Positions 54,943 through 63,854 of a stretch of 64,000 nt of DNA are shown one piece after another. The position numbers were made by a program, and so were the translations under genes. This DNA is from a virus (taxonomy: Duplodnaviria > Heunggongvirae > Uroviricota > Caudoviricetes). The stretch is taken from IMG/VR virus record IMGVR_UViG_3300047476_001337, positions 10,296-74,295 of that record; one strand, 5' to 3'. Every line of letters starts with the position of its first letter. Positions within the stretch are counted from its first letter, which is position 1. The notes under the pieces are model-generated. The model was not told the DNA's origin. It did no database searches and saw only the letters and a list, made by a program, of their open reading frames with translations.

Positions 54943-56326
54943 TCTTCTCTTGTAACTTAGTAACAAATTCGTTTTGAAGTCTCTTAAGAGCTTGAACGTA
55001 TGGTGCATCCTCTTCACTACCAAATCTTGGAGCTGTCTTAGGTGGTCTTCTACTTCTTGCCAAGTAATTGATACCTGATATGTTTGTTATACATTTGTGT
55101 CCACCTGAATTTGCCTGAATTAAATCCCAAGCGTTTACACCAAACTTATCTAAGAACTGAAATTCTTCCTCAGTCAATTCTCTTGCTGGTTTGTTCATTA
55201 ATGATTCTAACGTATTCAAAAACTCTCTACCTTGTTCTGAACCACTGAACTTATCACCGTAAATTGCTTTGAAGTCTTTGAATGTAAATCCAACTGACTC
55301 AGGACCCGCCTTACCCTCAGATATCCATTTAACAGTAGATAAAGGAATTACTGTAGACTTCATCTTGTCTTCGTGTTTACTTAATACTTCTTGAGCAATA
55401 TCACCCAAGTTAACACCTTTAAGTTCTCTTTCTTTCTTAAAAGGATTACAAGACGCTTGTAACAGACCCAATGGCCATGCAATAACTAAGAAGTCAGCTT
55501 CAGGGTTATTTTTGAATGGAGTGTATCTATCGTATGAACCAGGGTTCATCATGGAACCTCCACCGTATTGAACTATAATATTGCCAACCAATTTTACATT
55601 AGGACTTGATTTCATTGTGTCCATATATTGTTTGGCATTTTTTTGTAATTGTTCAGGACCAGGTAATCTTCTTGAACCCATCTCATTCTTAATTTGATTT
55701 AAGATTGAATACAATGATGGTTCAGAATTCATAACCAAGTTCTCTAAAAATTGTGGTTTGTTTTTGAATGCTAATAATAATTTATTTAACACCAAACCCA
55801 TCGCAAACTTATTCTTTCTTAAGTCAGCATCTTTATCCATTTTGAACAAATAGTTAACCACTTGTTCAGGTGTGATATCATATTTGGCATAATCCGCAGA
55901 ATCTACTGTAGATATTAATCTTAAGTCTGTCTCAGGAAAAATCTCTTTTGGTGAAACTATTTGTGATATTGTTTCAACATTAGAACGTGATGGTCTGAAA
56001 GATGTTGCCCCTGTTTCCTCAGCACCTGCTTGTCTATCATGGTGGTCTGTGTGAATCACAAACATTGGTTTACCATGAGCAAAGTCAACAAGTACCGGCA
56101 TTGTATCACCATTAGCATCAAGTTTCTTAACTGTAAATTCTTTATCACCATATTGGATAATTTCAGAATCAACCACTTTGATACCGTTATCCTCCAAATA
56201 TTTTTTCATGGCAATTGCCGTTGCAACACCATCCAAATCTTGGTGAAAATAAATTTTAGCTTTTGGATATCTTTTAGCCAAAGCTTTGATATCACGTAAT
56301 CCAGATTCTTTTAATAGTTTTTTCAT
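54926..56326 (-). CDS. DHH-DHHA1 family phosphoesterase (NrnA/RecJ-like)
   Basis: Motifs HQDLDG, VDFAH and HTDHHD (DHH), plus a C-terminal NSGGHKCITNISG (GGGH motif of DHHA1). Confidence 0.75.
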   Translation of the reverse strand: MKKLLKESGLRDIKALAKRYPKAKIYFHQDLDGVATAIAMKKYLEDNGIKVVDSEIIQYGDKEFTVKKLDANGDTMPVLVDFAHGKPMFVIHTDHHDRQAGAEETGATSFRPSRSNVETISQIVSPKEIFPETDLRLISTVDSADYAKYDITPEQVVNYLFKMDKDADLRKNKFAMGLVLNKLLLAFKNKPQFLENLVMNSEPSLYSILNQIKNEMGSRRLPGPEQLQKNAKQYMDTMKSSPNVKLVGNIIVQYGGGSMMNPGSYDRYTPFKNNPEADFLVIAWPLGLLQASCNPFKKERELKGVNLGDIAQEVLSKHEDKMKSTVIPLSTVKWISEGKAGPESVGFTFKDFKAIYGDKFSGSEQGREFLNTLESLMNKPARELTEEEFQFLDKFGVNAWDLIQANSGGHKCITNISGINYLARSRRPPKTAPRFGSEEDAPYVQALKRLQNEFVTKLQEKINENT

Positions 56327-57459
56327 TATAATGTTGCCGAACCTGTTAAAGGTCCAAATACTAATTTATTAATTATATCTTTAGTCCAGTCAGTTTCAGT
56401 TTCCTGTGTTCCGCTGTCCATAGTATCATTACTCATTGTTTCACCACCCATTGTATCATCAGGAACATTGGCAAAATCCTCATTCCAATTTTGTTGTGCC
56501 TCACCTGTTTGAGAATATTGATTCATTTTCTCATCGAACGCAGCACCCATTTTTTGTTTTAACTCTTCAGGTCCAACGAAATTTGCAACACCTAACCAAT
56601 CCAAAAATCCCGCCCAAAATTTAGTTCTTGTCATTAAACTTCTTGTCGCTCTATTACCAAATAATCTTGGTACACCACCAGCTTTATAATTTTTAAGTCC
56701 TTTCAAACCTTTTGCCGCGCCACCACCGAAACTTCTAAATAAGTTAGCATCTTGTTTCACAGCAGTTTGCATTTGTTTTAACACATTTATAGTTTCTTTT
56801 TGGGTTAATGGTTTTTTAACAGCCCTTCTCGCAATTGCTGAAGCTTTTTGAGTTCCTGAACCAACTTTTTCAAATAAAGTGACCCAATCTTTTAATGTAT
56901 TTCTTAAACCACTTGATAATTTACCACCAGGTATTTTATCAATAATTTGTTTTAATTTTGGTGCCCATCTTCTAACCATACCCATCAACTTACCCATCAT
57001 ACTATCACTCTTAGCAGCATCGGCAATTATTTTACTTGCTTCAGCCGTTTTACCTGCTTTAGCCAACCTAAGAGCTGAGTTTGTACTTTTTACTAATTTA
57101 CTACCTTTACCCGCCATCATTATCGGTTTTGCGGCAATGTCACCAACATAAGGTATTGCCGATATCATAGACAACATACCAAAAAACGTATCACCCTGAT
57201 ACAAATAAGACAATCCATTTGCAATATCTACAAGTCCTGTTGGGTCAAAAATACCAACCACATCACCTAATGTGTTGTACCAAGCTTCACTTAAAACACC
57301 ATTTGAATTAGGATATAAATCATTATAAATCTCATTAAATATTGTTTTGGCTTCGTCTGACATTGAATTATATTTCCCTTGGAACTCATTGTTTCTTTGT
57401 TCCATTAGATTTGTGTCAACAATTTTTTGTAATTGTGTTTCGGTAATAATTGCTTCCAT
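56326..57459 (-). CDS. hypothetical protein (377 aa) with the N-terminal leader MEAIITETQL
   Basis: Member of the ITESQL-leader group; the remainder is Ala/Lys/Gly-rich. Confidence 0.55.
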   Translation of the reverse strand: MEAIITETQLQKIVDTNLMEQRNNEFQGKYNSMSDEAKTIFNEIYNDLYPNSNGVLSEAWYNTLGDVVGIFDPTGLVDIANGLSYLYQGDTFFGMLSMISAIPYVGDIAAKPIMMAGKGSKLVKSTNSALRLAKAGKTAEASKIIADAAKSDSMMGKLMGMVRRWAPKLKQIIDKIPGGKLSSGLRNTLKDWVTLFEKVGSGTQKASAIARRAVKKPLTQKETINVLKQMQTAVKQDANLFRSFGGGAAKGLKGLKNYKAGGVPRLFGNRATRSLMTRTKFWAGFLDWLGVANFVGPEELKQKMGAAFDEKMNQYSQTGEAQQNWNEDFANVPDDTMGGETMSNDTMDSGTQETETDWTKDIINKLVFGPLTGSATL

Positions 57460-57497
57460 AATGTTTTACTATAAATACCAAGTAATATAAAAAAGAA

Positions 57498-57519
57498 ACC
57501 CCCACTATGAAGTGAGGGT
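57498..57519. terminator. bidirectional terminator ACCCCCACTATGAAGTGAGGGT overlapping the MTase stop codon
   Basis: CCCCCAC/GTGAGGG family hairpin flanked by A- and T-runs. Confidence 0.5.
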
Positions 57520-58386
57520 CTCAGTTTTTTCAAAATCAATTACTTGTTGTCGTCTACTATCAACGAATACGTTGACTCGTTTCTTGGCAACCTCAGCATA
57601 ATTCGGACTGAGTTCTATTCCAATCCATCTGCGGTCCAAGGTTTCTGCTGCAACCAAACTAGTTCCACTGCCAGCGAATGGGTCCAACACAACATCATTC
57701 TTATATGTAAGAATCTTAATCGCTTTGGTTGGGATATCCATTGAGAATGTCGCTTTGGTCATACTCTTTGTATCTGCAAAGTATTTCCATTGACCAAATA
57801 CCAAGTCAATAAACTCACGTTTATTTTCTTCAGTATACATTGTTTTATTCCTGAATGAACCTTCATTCTTTTCATCAGGAACTTGTTCAACCCAAGATTC
57901 CCATTCAGGTTTCCCCTTAACAGTTTTAATGTGTTTCTTCTTGTAAGCCAATACAACACATTCTTTTGGATTATAGATGTATGGTGCTGATGGTGACATC
58001 CAAGAACCCCAAGCAGTTGTTCTACTTCTGTGTGGTGATTCTTCTTCAAGGTCAACAATCCCAAAGAACTTATATCCAATCTTCTTCATGATTTGCCATA
58101 TCTCACTCACAATAAATACACGACCACCTTTTGCCTGACGATTAACTTCATAAGGAATGTTAATGGCAATACGTCCGTCATCTTTAAGAACTCTAAACGC
58201 TTCTGTCATCCACTCTTCAGTAAACTTCAAATATTCCTCAACCAACATATCATCATCGTGTACATCATAATCGATACCCACACCATATGGAGGACTGGTT
58301 ACTATCAGGTCAACACAACCTTCTTCCATGGTTTTCATCACTTCACGACAATCACCGTTTACTATTTTTCCTATAAAATTTTCCAT
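57505..58386 (-). CDS. DNA methyltransferase, beta class (N6-adenine or N4-cytosine)
   Basis: Motif IV VTSPPYGV near the N-terminus and motif I DPFAGSGTS near the C-terminus, the beta-class order; there is no adjacent restriction gene. Confidence 0.8.
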   Translation of the reverse strand: MENFIGKIVNGDCREVMKTMEEGCVDLIVTSPPYGVGIDYDVHDDDMLVEEYLKFTEEWMTEAFRVLKDDGRIAINIPYEVNRQAKGGRVFIVSEIWQIMKKIGYKFFGIVDLEEESPHRSRTTAWGSWMSPSAPYIYNPKECVVLAYKKKHIKTVKGKPEWESWVEQVPDEKNEGSFRNKTMYTEENKREFIDLVFGQWKYFADTKSMTKATFSMDIPTKAIKILTYKNDVVLDPFAGSGTSLVAAETLDRRWIGIELSPNYAEVAKKRVNVFVDSRRQQVIDFEKTETLTS

Positions 58387-58943
58387 TAAAAATCTGCGTT
58401 TGTTATTCTTAAATCATAATCACTAAACCCTGTAAAGTCCACCTCATCAGCTTTAATTCTTCTATCCATACTATCACCAGGCATATTCCTGTTTGCTAGT
58501 CTTGTCATTCTTGTTGACATCTCAATATCCGTATAAATGATAAATGAGGTAAGTCTATCTTCAGGTTTAATATGTGAAACACCTGCAGGTGTCATAATGA
58601 ATAAGTCATCACTGTAGAACTGTTCTACAGTTGTACCATACAACCAACCATTGAAATAAACATATTCATAAAACATATTTGATTCAACCATTTTAGTTGC
58701 CTCTTCATCGGTTAAAAAGAAATAATCTTTACCATCAACTTCACCTTCTCTTGGTGGTCTTGTGGTATAACTCACAGCATATTTGAATCCACGTGACTCA
58801 TATTTCTTTCTCAGGTAATCTTTACCTGATGCCGCCTTTCCAACAAGGATAATCCTTTTATGGTTTCTCATTAGTGTCAACATCTTTTTTGTGTGTTTTT
58901 TGATATACTTCCTTGAAACAGTCAGCACATAATTGTCCTGCAC
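58386..58943 (-). CDS. guanylate-kinase-like nucleoside monophosphate kinase
   Basis: P-loop GKAASGKDYL and YTTRPPREGEVDGKDYFF resemble the Gmk signature TTRPPRPGEVDGVDYHF. Confidence 0.6.
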   Translation of the reverse strand: MQDNYVLTVSRKYIKKHTKKMLTLMRNHKRIILVGKAASGKDYLRKKYESRGFKYAVSYTTRPPREGEVDGKDYFFLTDEEATKMVESNMFYEYVYFNGWLYGTTVEQFYSDDLFIMTPAGVSHIKPEDRLTSFIIYTDIEMSTRMTRLANRNMPGDSMDRRIKADEVDFTGFSDYDLRITNADF

Positions 58944-59076
58944 CTTCTATATAAGTTTTACGTGAATCAACATGGTCATTGATTGAATAACCAGTATTCA
59001 ATCCACAACTTACACATTTTTCAATATTACTGTCGCCCATTTGAATTAATAAATTTGATTTCTTCAGTTGGTACAT
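58858..59076 (-). CDS. small zinc-ribbon protein (72 aa)
   Basis: CVSCG...CADC cysteine pairs; overlaps both neighbours, so it is uncertain. Confidence 0.35.
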   Translation of the reverse strand: MYQLKKSNLLIQMGDSNIEKCVSCGLNTGYSINDHVDSRKTYIEGAGQLCADCFKEVYQKTHKKDVDTNEKP

Positions 59077-60235
59077 TTGCCCTTGACTCCATCATCTCAG
59101 ATGTTAATTCATAATCATCATCATTAACGAATGATTCTAATAACTCTTCATTAGAGATTGCTCCGTACTTTTCAGCTTCAACATTAACACCTTCAGTCAT
59201 GTAATTTTTCATATTCATAAGTTTTTCTGCGAACTTCAAACTATCCAAAATTACTTTAACAATTCTGTATGGGTCAGCGTTTGAACCTGGTCTTCTATCT
59301 TCCAAATATCCAGTCCAATTAGTTGCAGTAGACAAAGGAACTCTAATTGATGCACCACGGTCAGCAATACCCCAAGAAAATTTATCAATCGATTGTGTCT
59401 CGTGTTTACCTGTTAATCTAAATTCATTTTCTGAACCATAATTTTGAATATGAACATCATGTCTTGATTCAAATGCGTTGAATATAGATTTGAAATATTC
59501 CTCACCACCTTCACTTCTCATTCTTTCATTAGAGAAGTTACAGTGCATTCCTGACCCGTTCCAATCACCAATCCTTAATGGTTTTGGCTTCAAATCAACA
59601 ATCAAGTCATAATACTCAGCAGTTTTGTACAACAAATAACGAGACATCCATAAGTCGTCAGATGCTTTAATTGCACCTTTAGAAAATAATTGGTACTCCC
59701 ATTGTCCTAATAAAACTTCAGCATTTATACCTGTAATATCTAACCCAGCATTTAGACATAGTTGTAAGTGCATATCCACAAATTCTCTTTGTGCAACATT
59801 CTTAGTACCTATACCACAATAATATTCACCTTGTGGTGGTGGAAATCCGTCTTTGGGGAAACCCGCAATCTTACCATCTTTGGTTCTTAAAACGTATTCT
59901 TGTTCAAATCCAAACCAAACTGAATCATCTTCCAAACCTATTTCGGCCCTTAAATTTGATACATGTTCATTTCCCGTATTTGGGTCCATTACTTCACACA
60001 AAACATAAGTAGTTGGGTATTGGGTAATGTCGAATGAACGATAAAGTCTAACAGGTCTCAGAATACAATCTGAAAAATTACCTTCAGCCTGTTTAGTTGA
60101 TGAACCATCAAAAGACCATAATGGTAAATCTTCTAATTGAAATTCCATTGGTAGGTCAAGAATTTTAATCTTACTCCTTAAGTTTGGTTCAGGTGTATAA
60201 CCATCTAACCAAATATATTCTAACTTTGTTTTCAT
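59027..60235 (-). CDS. glutamine synthetase family protein (short, 402 aa)
   Basis: YIWLDG (beta-grasp N-domain), GSGMHCNFS (like GS GSGMHCHMS), RGASIRVP (like RSASIRIP), and NADPYRIV. Confidence 0.6.
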   Translation of the reverse strand: MKTKLEYIWLDGYTPEPNLRSKIKILDLPMEFQLEDLPLWSFDGSSTKQAEGNFSDCILRPVRLYRSFDITQYPTTYVLCEVMDPNTGNEHVSNLRAEIGLEDDSVWFGFEQEYVLRTKDGKIAGFPKDGFPPPQGEYYCGIGTKNVAQREFVDMHLQLCLNAGLDITGINAEVLLGQWEYQLFSKGAIKASDDLWMSRYLLYKTAEYYDLIVDLKPKPLRIGDWNGSGMHCNFSNERMRSEGGEEYFKSIFNAFESRHDVHIQNYGSENEFRLTGKHETQSIDKFSWGIADRGASIRVPLSTATNWTGYLEDRRPGSNADPYRIVKVILDSLKFAEKLMNMKNYMTEGVNVEAEKYGAISNEELLESFVNDDDYELTSEMMESRANVPTEEIKFINSNGRQ

Positions 60236-60236
60236 G

Positions 60237-60419
60237 TTATTTATTTACATAATATCCAGGTGCTAATGAGGATTCTTCTAACACACCTTCGTTAATTAAT
60301 TCATCTAAAATCTTTTTGGTATCTTTTTCAGATAACTTTAGAATGTATTTTGAAATGTAAGTAATGTGAACTGGTTGTCTTAATTTTGAGTTAAGAAGTT
60401 TTTTACTCTTGTCATCCAT
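60237..60419 (-). CDS. hypothetical small protein (60 aa)
   Basis: ORF 2 nt downstream of the GS-like gene. Confidence 0.4.
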   Translation of the reverse strand: MDDKSKKLLNSKLRQPVHITYISKYILKLSEKDTKKILDELINEGVLEESSLAPGYYVNK

Positions 60420-60482
60420 GATTTTTGTTTATTATCTTTTTTAAGATTCCAAAATTTCTTTCTAACCAGTTCCCCTAATTTA

Positions 60483-60719
60483 TTATCGTTTGGATTTTCG
60501 AGAACTTCCTTTTCCGTAAGACACACTTTTTTGTCCATCATCTTTAGATTTACTTGTCTGTTTATCCGGCTTCTCTTCAGTTACTACTGACTTATCTTTT
60601 TTCCATTCAGACTTGGGAACGTAACCCCAACCTAAGAAAGTTTGTACTACTAATTTGTGAGCGGCTTTGTCGTGTAATCTTTTGATTTCACCTGTCTTTG
60701 AATTTCTGAGTGTTTTCAT
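60483..60719 (-). CDS. hypothetical basic protein (78 aa)
   Basis: ORF with a Lys/Ser-rich tail. Confidence 0.45.
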   Translation of the reverse strand: MKTLRNSKTGEIKRLHDKAAHKLVVQTFLGWGYVPKSEWKKDKSVVTEEKPDKQTSKSKDDGQKSVSYGKGSSRKSKR

Positions 60720-60737
60720 GTTCTAAAATATATGTGA

Positions 60738-60950
60738 TTAATTTTGTTCAATCAAGTGGGTATTATTATTCAATAATATTTCTTTTATTTCCTCATCGGA
60801 ATGTCCCTCCATAGACAATTTATAGGCTTGTCTTGAATCCTCATCTGTAAATATACAGGCATCAACGTTAAAATATTTGTGTAAAGGAAAGTTGTTCTCA
60901 ATATGTTTGAGAATTAATTCTTTGGAAAAGTACCGTTTTGTAAAACCCAT
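60738..60950 (-). CDS. hypothetical protein (70 aa)
   Basis: ORF in the same-strand array. Confidence 0.45.
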   Translation of the reverse strand: MGFTKRYFSKELILKHIENNFPLHKYFNVDACIFTDEDSRQAYKLSMEGHSDEEIKEILLNNNTHLIEQN

Positions 60951-61288
60951 TGTCCTTCAGTATTAAGAGATACACTACAAATATATAAAAAATTACACTC
61001 ATGTGGAGCAATCATTGATAAATAATTTTTAGAATTTTCATTTTGATATACGTGATAAGTTTCACCAATTAATGGTTCAAATCTAAGTTCAAGTCCAAAT
61101 ATGAATTCATTTAACTGATACAACTCAGATAATTCATCAATTTGTTTTTTTAACTCTTCAAATTTTTTATCAACAAAGTTGTTGAACTTTGTTACTTGTT
61201 TTTGTTTGAAGTGACTAGTATCTTCAACTTTGATTACTGGTGACCCTATACTTCCTGCATATGGTAACAAATTGAACTTAGTACTCAT
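60914..61288 (-). CDS. hypothetical protein (124 aa)
   Basis: ORF in the same-strand array. Confidence 0.5.
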   Translation of the reverse strand: MSTKFNLLPYAGSIGSPVIKVEDTSHFKQKQVTKFNNFVDKKFEELKKQIDELSELYQLNEFIFGLELRFEPLIGETYHVYQNENSKNYLSMIAPHECNFLYICSVSLNTEGQWVLQNGTFPKN

Positions 61289-62016
61289 TTGATTGTTTGA
61301 GTGAAATAACTTTGGACCTTCCTCTTGAATAGTGGGAGTAATGTTTGTTCTAATGGTAAGTTTTGTGTTGAGAAAGCTTCAAATATTGGGTAGGTAATAT
61401 CTTTTGTTTCAGAGTTTTCTTCTATTACCTTACTAAATTTTTTATCATTACCTTTATAAATTAAGTTGAATGATATTTTTGTATCGTGTTTTTTCTTTGA
61501 TAGTTTTTCAAATTTACATTCCCAAACATAAACTTCTTTATTAAATAAATCTTGATATACTGTGTATGATTTATTTAGTGATAAATTTTTCTTGTTCTTT
61601 CTTAATTTGATTGATGTAGATTCAAATGATAAATCCCAAATCCCACGACATATTGCAAAATATTGGAGTAACTTATCTTGAGCACTTATTAAGATATCTT
61701 TTAATTCTATAAGTTGTTGGTCGGTAAACTTTCTTCTTGATTTTTTTGATTTCAATTCATATAACATGACTTCATCATCACAAGAGGTAAACTCTTTATT
61801 GATGAATACATATTTTGAACTCTTTAGGTAATTTCCAATCGATGCTAAGTGTAATGAAATTTCTGTAAAATATGGATATATCTCACCACGAGATAAAGCT
61901 TCTTCCACCTTAAGTAAAAAAGAATTAAGAACATATTCTTTATGTTCAAAATCGATTGGGTCTTTTAAGTACCAATCGGGTGATAATACAAAATTCATGG
62001 GTTTTTTATTTTCCAT
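61285..62016 (-). CDS. hypothetical protein (243 aa)
   Basis: ORF with a 4-nt overlap to its neighbour. Confidence 0.55.
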   Translation of the reverse strand: MENKKPMNFVLSPDWYLKDPIDFEHKEYVLNSFLLKVEEALSRGEIYPYFTEISLHLASIGNYLKSSKYVFINKEFTSCDDEVMLYELKSKKSRRKFTDQQLIELKDILISAQDKLLQYFAICRGIWDLSFESTSIKLRKNKKNLSLNKSYTVYQDLFNKEVYVWECKFEKLSKKKHDTKISFNLIYKGNDKKFSKVIEENSETKDITYPIFEAFSTQNLPLEQTLLPLFKRKVQSYFTQTIK

Positions 62017-62054
62017 AAACTAATAATAAATAATGTTTACGGAATTATGAATAC

Positions 62055-63854
62055 TTAAATGCTCAAGTCTCCGTTCTCAAATAAATAATAACCTTCACCG
62101 TTGTAATACACTTCTTCCTGACTACCATCCCAACTATTAAGTGTATGTCCATAACCATCCGTATCCACAACATCTTGAATTAACGAATTTTCATCTATGA
62201 ACTCTTTAGCCCATTCATCAAATTCTCTACTTCCACCACCAAAAAATGAATCATAAAAATTTTTAGGGTCATCTCTATAATCAGATACTCTATCATCCAC
62301 AACAGATTCTAACTTATCATCATCATAATCACCATCTGGGTCAGATTCAATTTCTTCTATTTCATCATTTTTTTCTTGAATTTCGTTTTCTATTCTTTCA
62401 TATTCAGAATCATAATCCTCATCTTCATCATCTAAATTATTTAACTCGTCATTCAATTGTGATATTTCTTGTTTTAATTCAGTAATTCTCGCTTCTTGAC
62501 CACGACTTAAATTTCTATCACTATCTTCTAAATAAGCTTCAGGATTATTATAAACATCTTCCTCAAAAAATTCTCTTAAATAATCTCTAAATTTATCATC
62601 ATCAAAATGACCCATAACAAATGAAGGATTAAATCCTTCTATTCCAACATCATCAAGTAAATTTCTAACAGATTCAATAGCGCTTCTTTCAGTTTTAGCT
62701 GAGTCCCCCACATACCATTCTTTATCAAAATCACTTGTTGTTAACACATATAAATCATAATGTTGATATCCTAATGGGATTATATCATACACATCTTTTC
62801 TATTTTTTAACTCTTGAATTTCTTCCTCTAATGATTCAATATCGCTAACTAAATCAGTAATTTCATTAGCATTTTCAATATTAGCATAGGTTTCTTGTAA
62901 TTGTTCCAACTCAACTTTAGCTTCTTCTAAACGTTGAGTCGATTCTGGTGTTTTTGGTGTTATTTCACCTTCATTAACAAGGTGTGTATATAATGCCCAT
63001 GCACAAGAACCTAAATCGCCACTATCTAAAATTTCAGGGTTCCACTCGTCATCTTCACGTCTAACGTTAGCCGTTTCAAGTTTTTCATTAATTTGAGCTT
63101 GTCTTCTTTCCCTTTCTATTCTTGCTTTTTCAAGACGTACTTTTTCTTTATCCTTATACAATTCAATTTGTTCAGCATATTTTGAATTCATATAAGAAGT
63201 AATGGCTTGGTTTATTTTCTCAAATTCTTTGGTATCTAAAATCCAACCTTTGGTAAATTTTTGGTCAGGAGCATCAAAGAAAGAAACATCACCTTCAAAT
63301 TTTTTCAACATAGCAACTTTATAAAATTTGTCAGAAGTTGGTTTTGTCTTATCAATAAAATAAAATAACTTACCATCATCCATATAATTCTTAAAGTGTG
63401 TATTATCGGCACTTGACGCTGTACACCATTTTGTACCAGCACCATAATAACATGAGGCTTGTGTTGTTAAAGGAGCAACCACCGTAAACTTATTATCTTC
63501 ATAAACCAAATCAGCACCTTCAATAGTTTGAACCTCACGTCTTATTCTATTCTCATACTTTTGAATTGCAGTATTTAATTCCGCAAATGTTTTATACTGA
63601 TTAATATCTTTAACTTCTAAATTTGAACCTATTGCAACAAATTTCTTTAATACAGGTTTAACCGTATCTTGTAAAATACCATCACTTACAGTATTAGGTA
63701 ATACTCTTCCTAAGAAAGTTAAAAACTTGGAACCACCTGGTACTTCATTTGCAATATTGATAATTGCATCCAACTTTTCAGGTGAAAACTTTTCACCGTA
63801 GGTTACTTTGAAATCATCTTCTCTTCCTTCAAAAATTAAATCAACAAACTTCAT
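62055..63854 (-). CDS. hypothetical highly acidic protein (599 aa) with a central coiled coil
   Basis: Long ORF; the C-terminal third is Asp/Glu-rich (EDEDYDSEYERIENEIQEKNDEIEEIESD). Confidence 0.6.
   Translation of the reverse strand: MKFVDLIFEGREDDFKVTYGEKFSPEKLDAIINIANEVPGGSKFLTFLGRVLPNTVSDGILQDTVKPVLKKFVAIGSNLEVKDINQYKTFAELNTAIQKYENRIRREVQTIEGADLVYEDNKFTVVAPLTTQASCYYGAGTKWCTASSADNTHFKNYMDDGKLFYFIDKTKPTSDKFYKVAMLKKFEGDVSFFDAPDQKFTKGWILDTKEFEKINQAITSYMNSKYAEQIELYKDKEKVRLEKARIERERRQAQINEKLETANVRREDDEWNPEILDSGDLGSCAWALYTHLVNEGEITPKTPESTQRLEEAKVELEQLQETYANIENANEITDLVSDIESLEEEIQELKNRKDVYDIIPLGYQHYDLYVLTTSDFDKEWYVGDSAKTERSAIESVRNLLDDVGIEGFNPSFVMGHFDDDKFRDYLREFFEEDVYNNPEAYLEDSDRNLSRGQEARITELKQEISQLNDELNNLDDEDEDYDSEYERIENEIQEKNDEIEEIESDPDGDYDDDKLESVVDDRVSDYRDDPKNFYDSFFGGGSREFDEWAKEFIDENSLIQDVVDTDGYGHTLNSWDGSQEEVYYNGEGYYLFENGDLSI

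Noticed and set aside
800-58389. Numerous track ORFs antisense to, or nested in, well-supported genes (e.g. 800..982, 1136..1402, 13987..14280, 23156..23599, 23646..24011, 29669..29911, 31683..31973, 38060..38404, 43210..43392, 52263..52556, 56030..56299, 57759..58079)
   Set aside because: They are low-complexity or hydrophobic translations overlapping genes with clear motifs on the other strand, and they lack promoter or terminator context.
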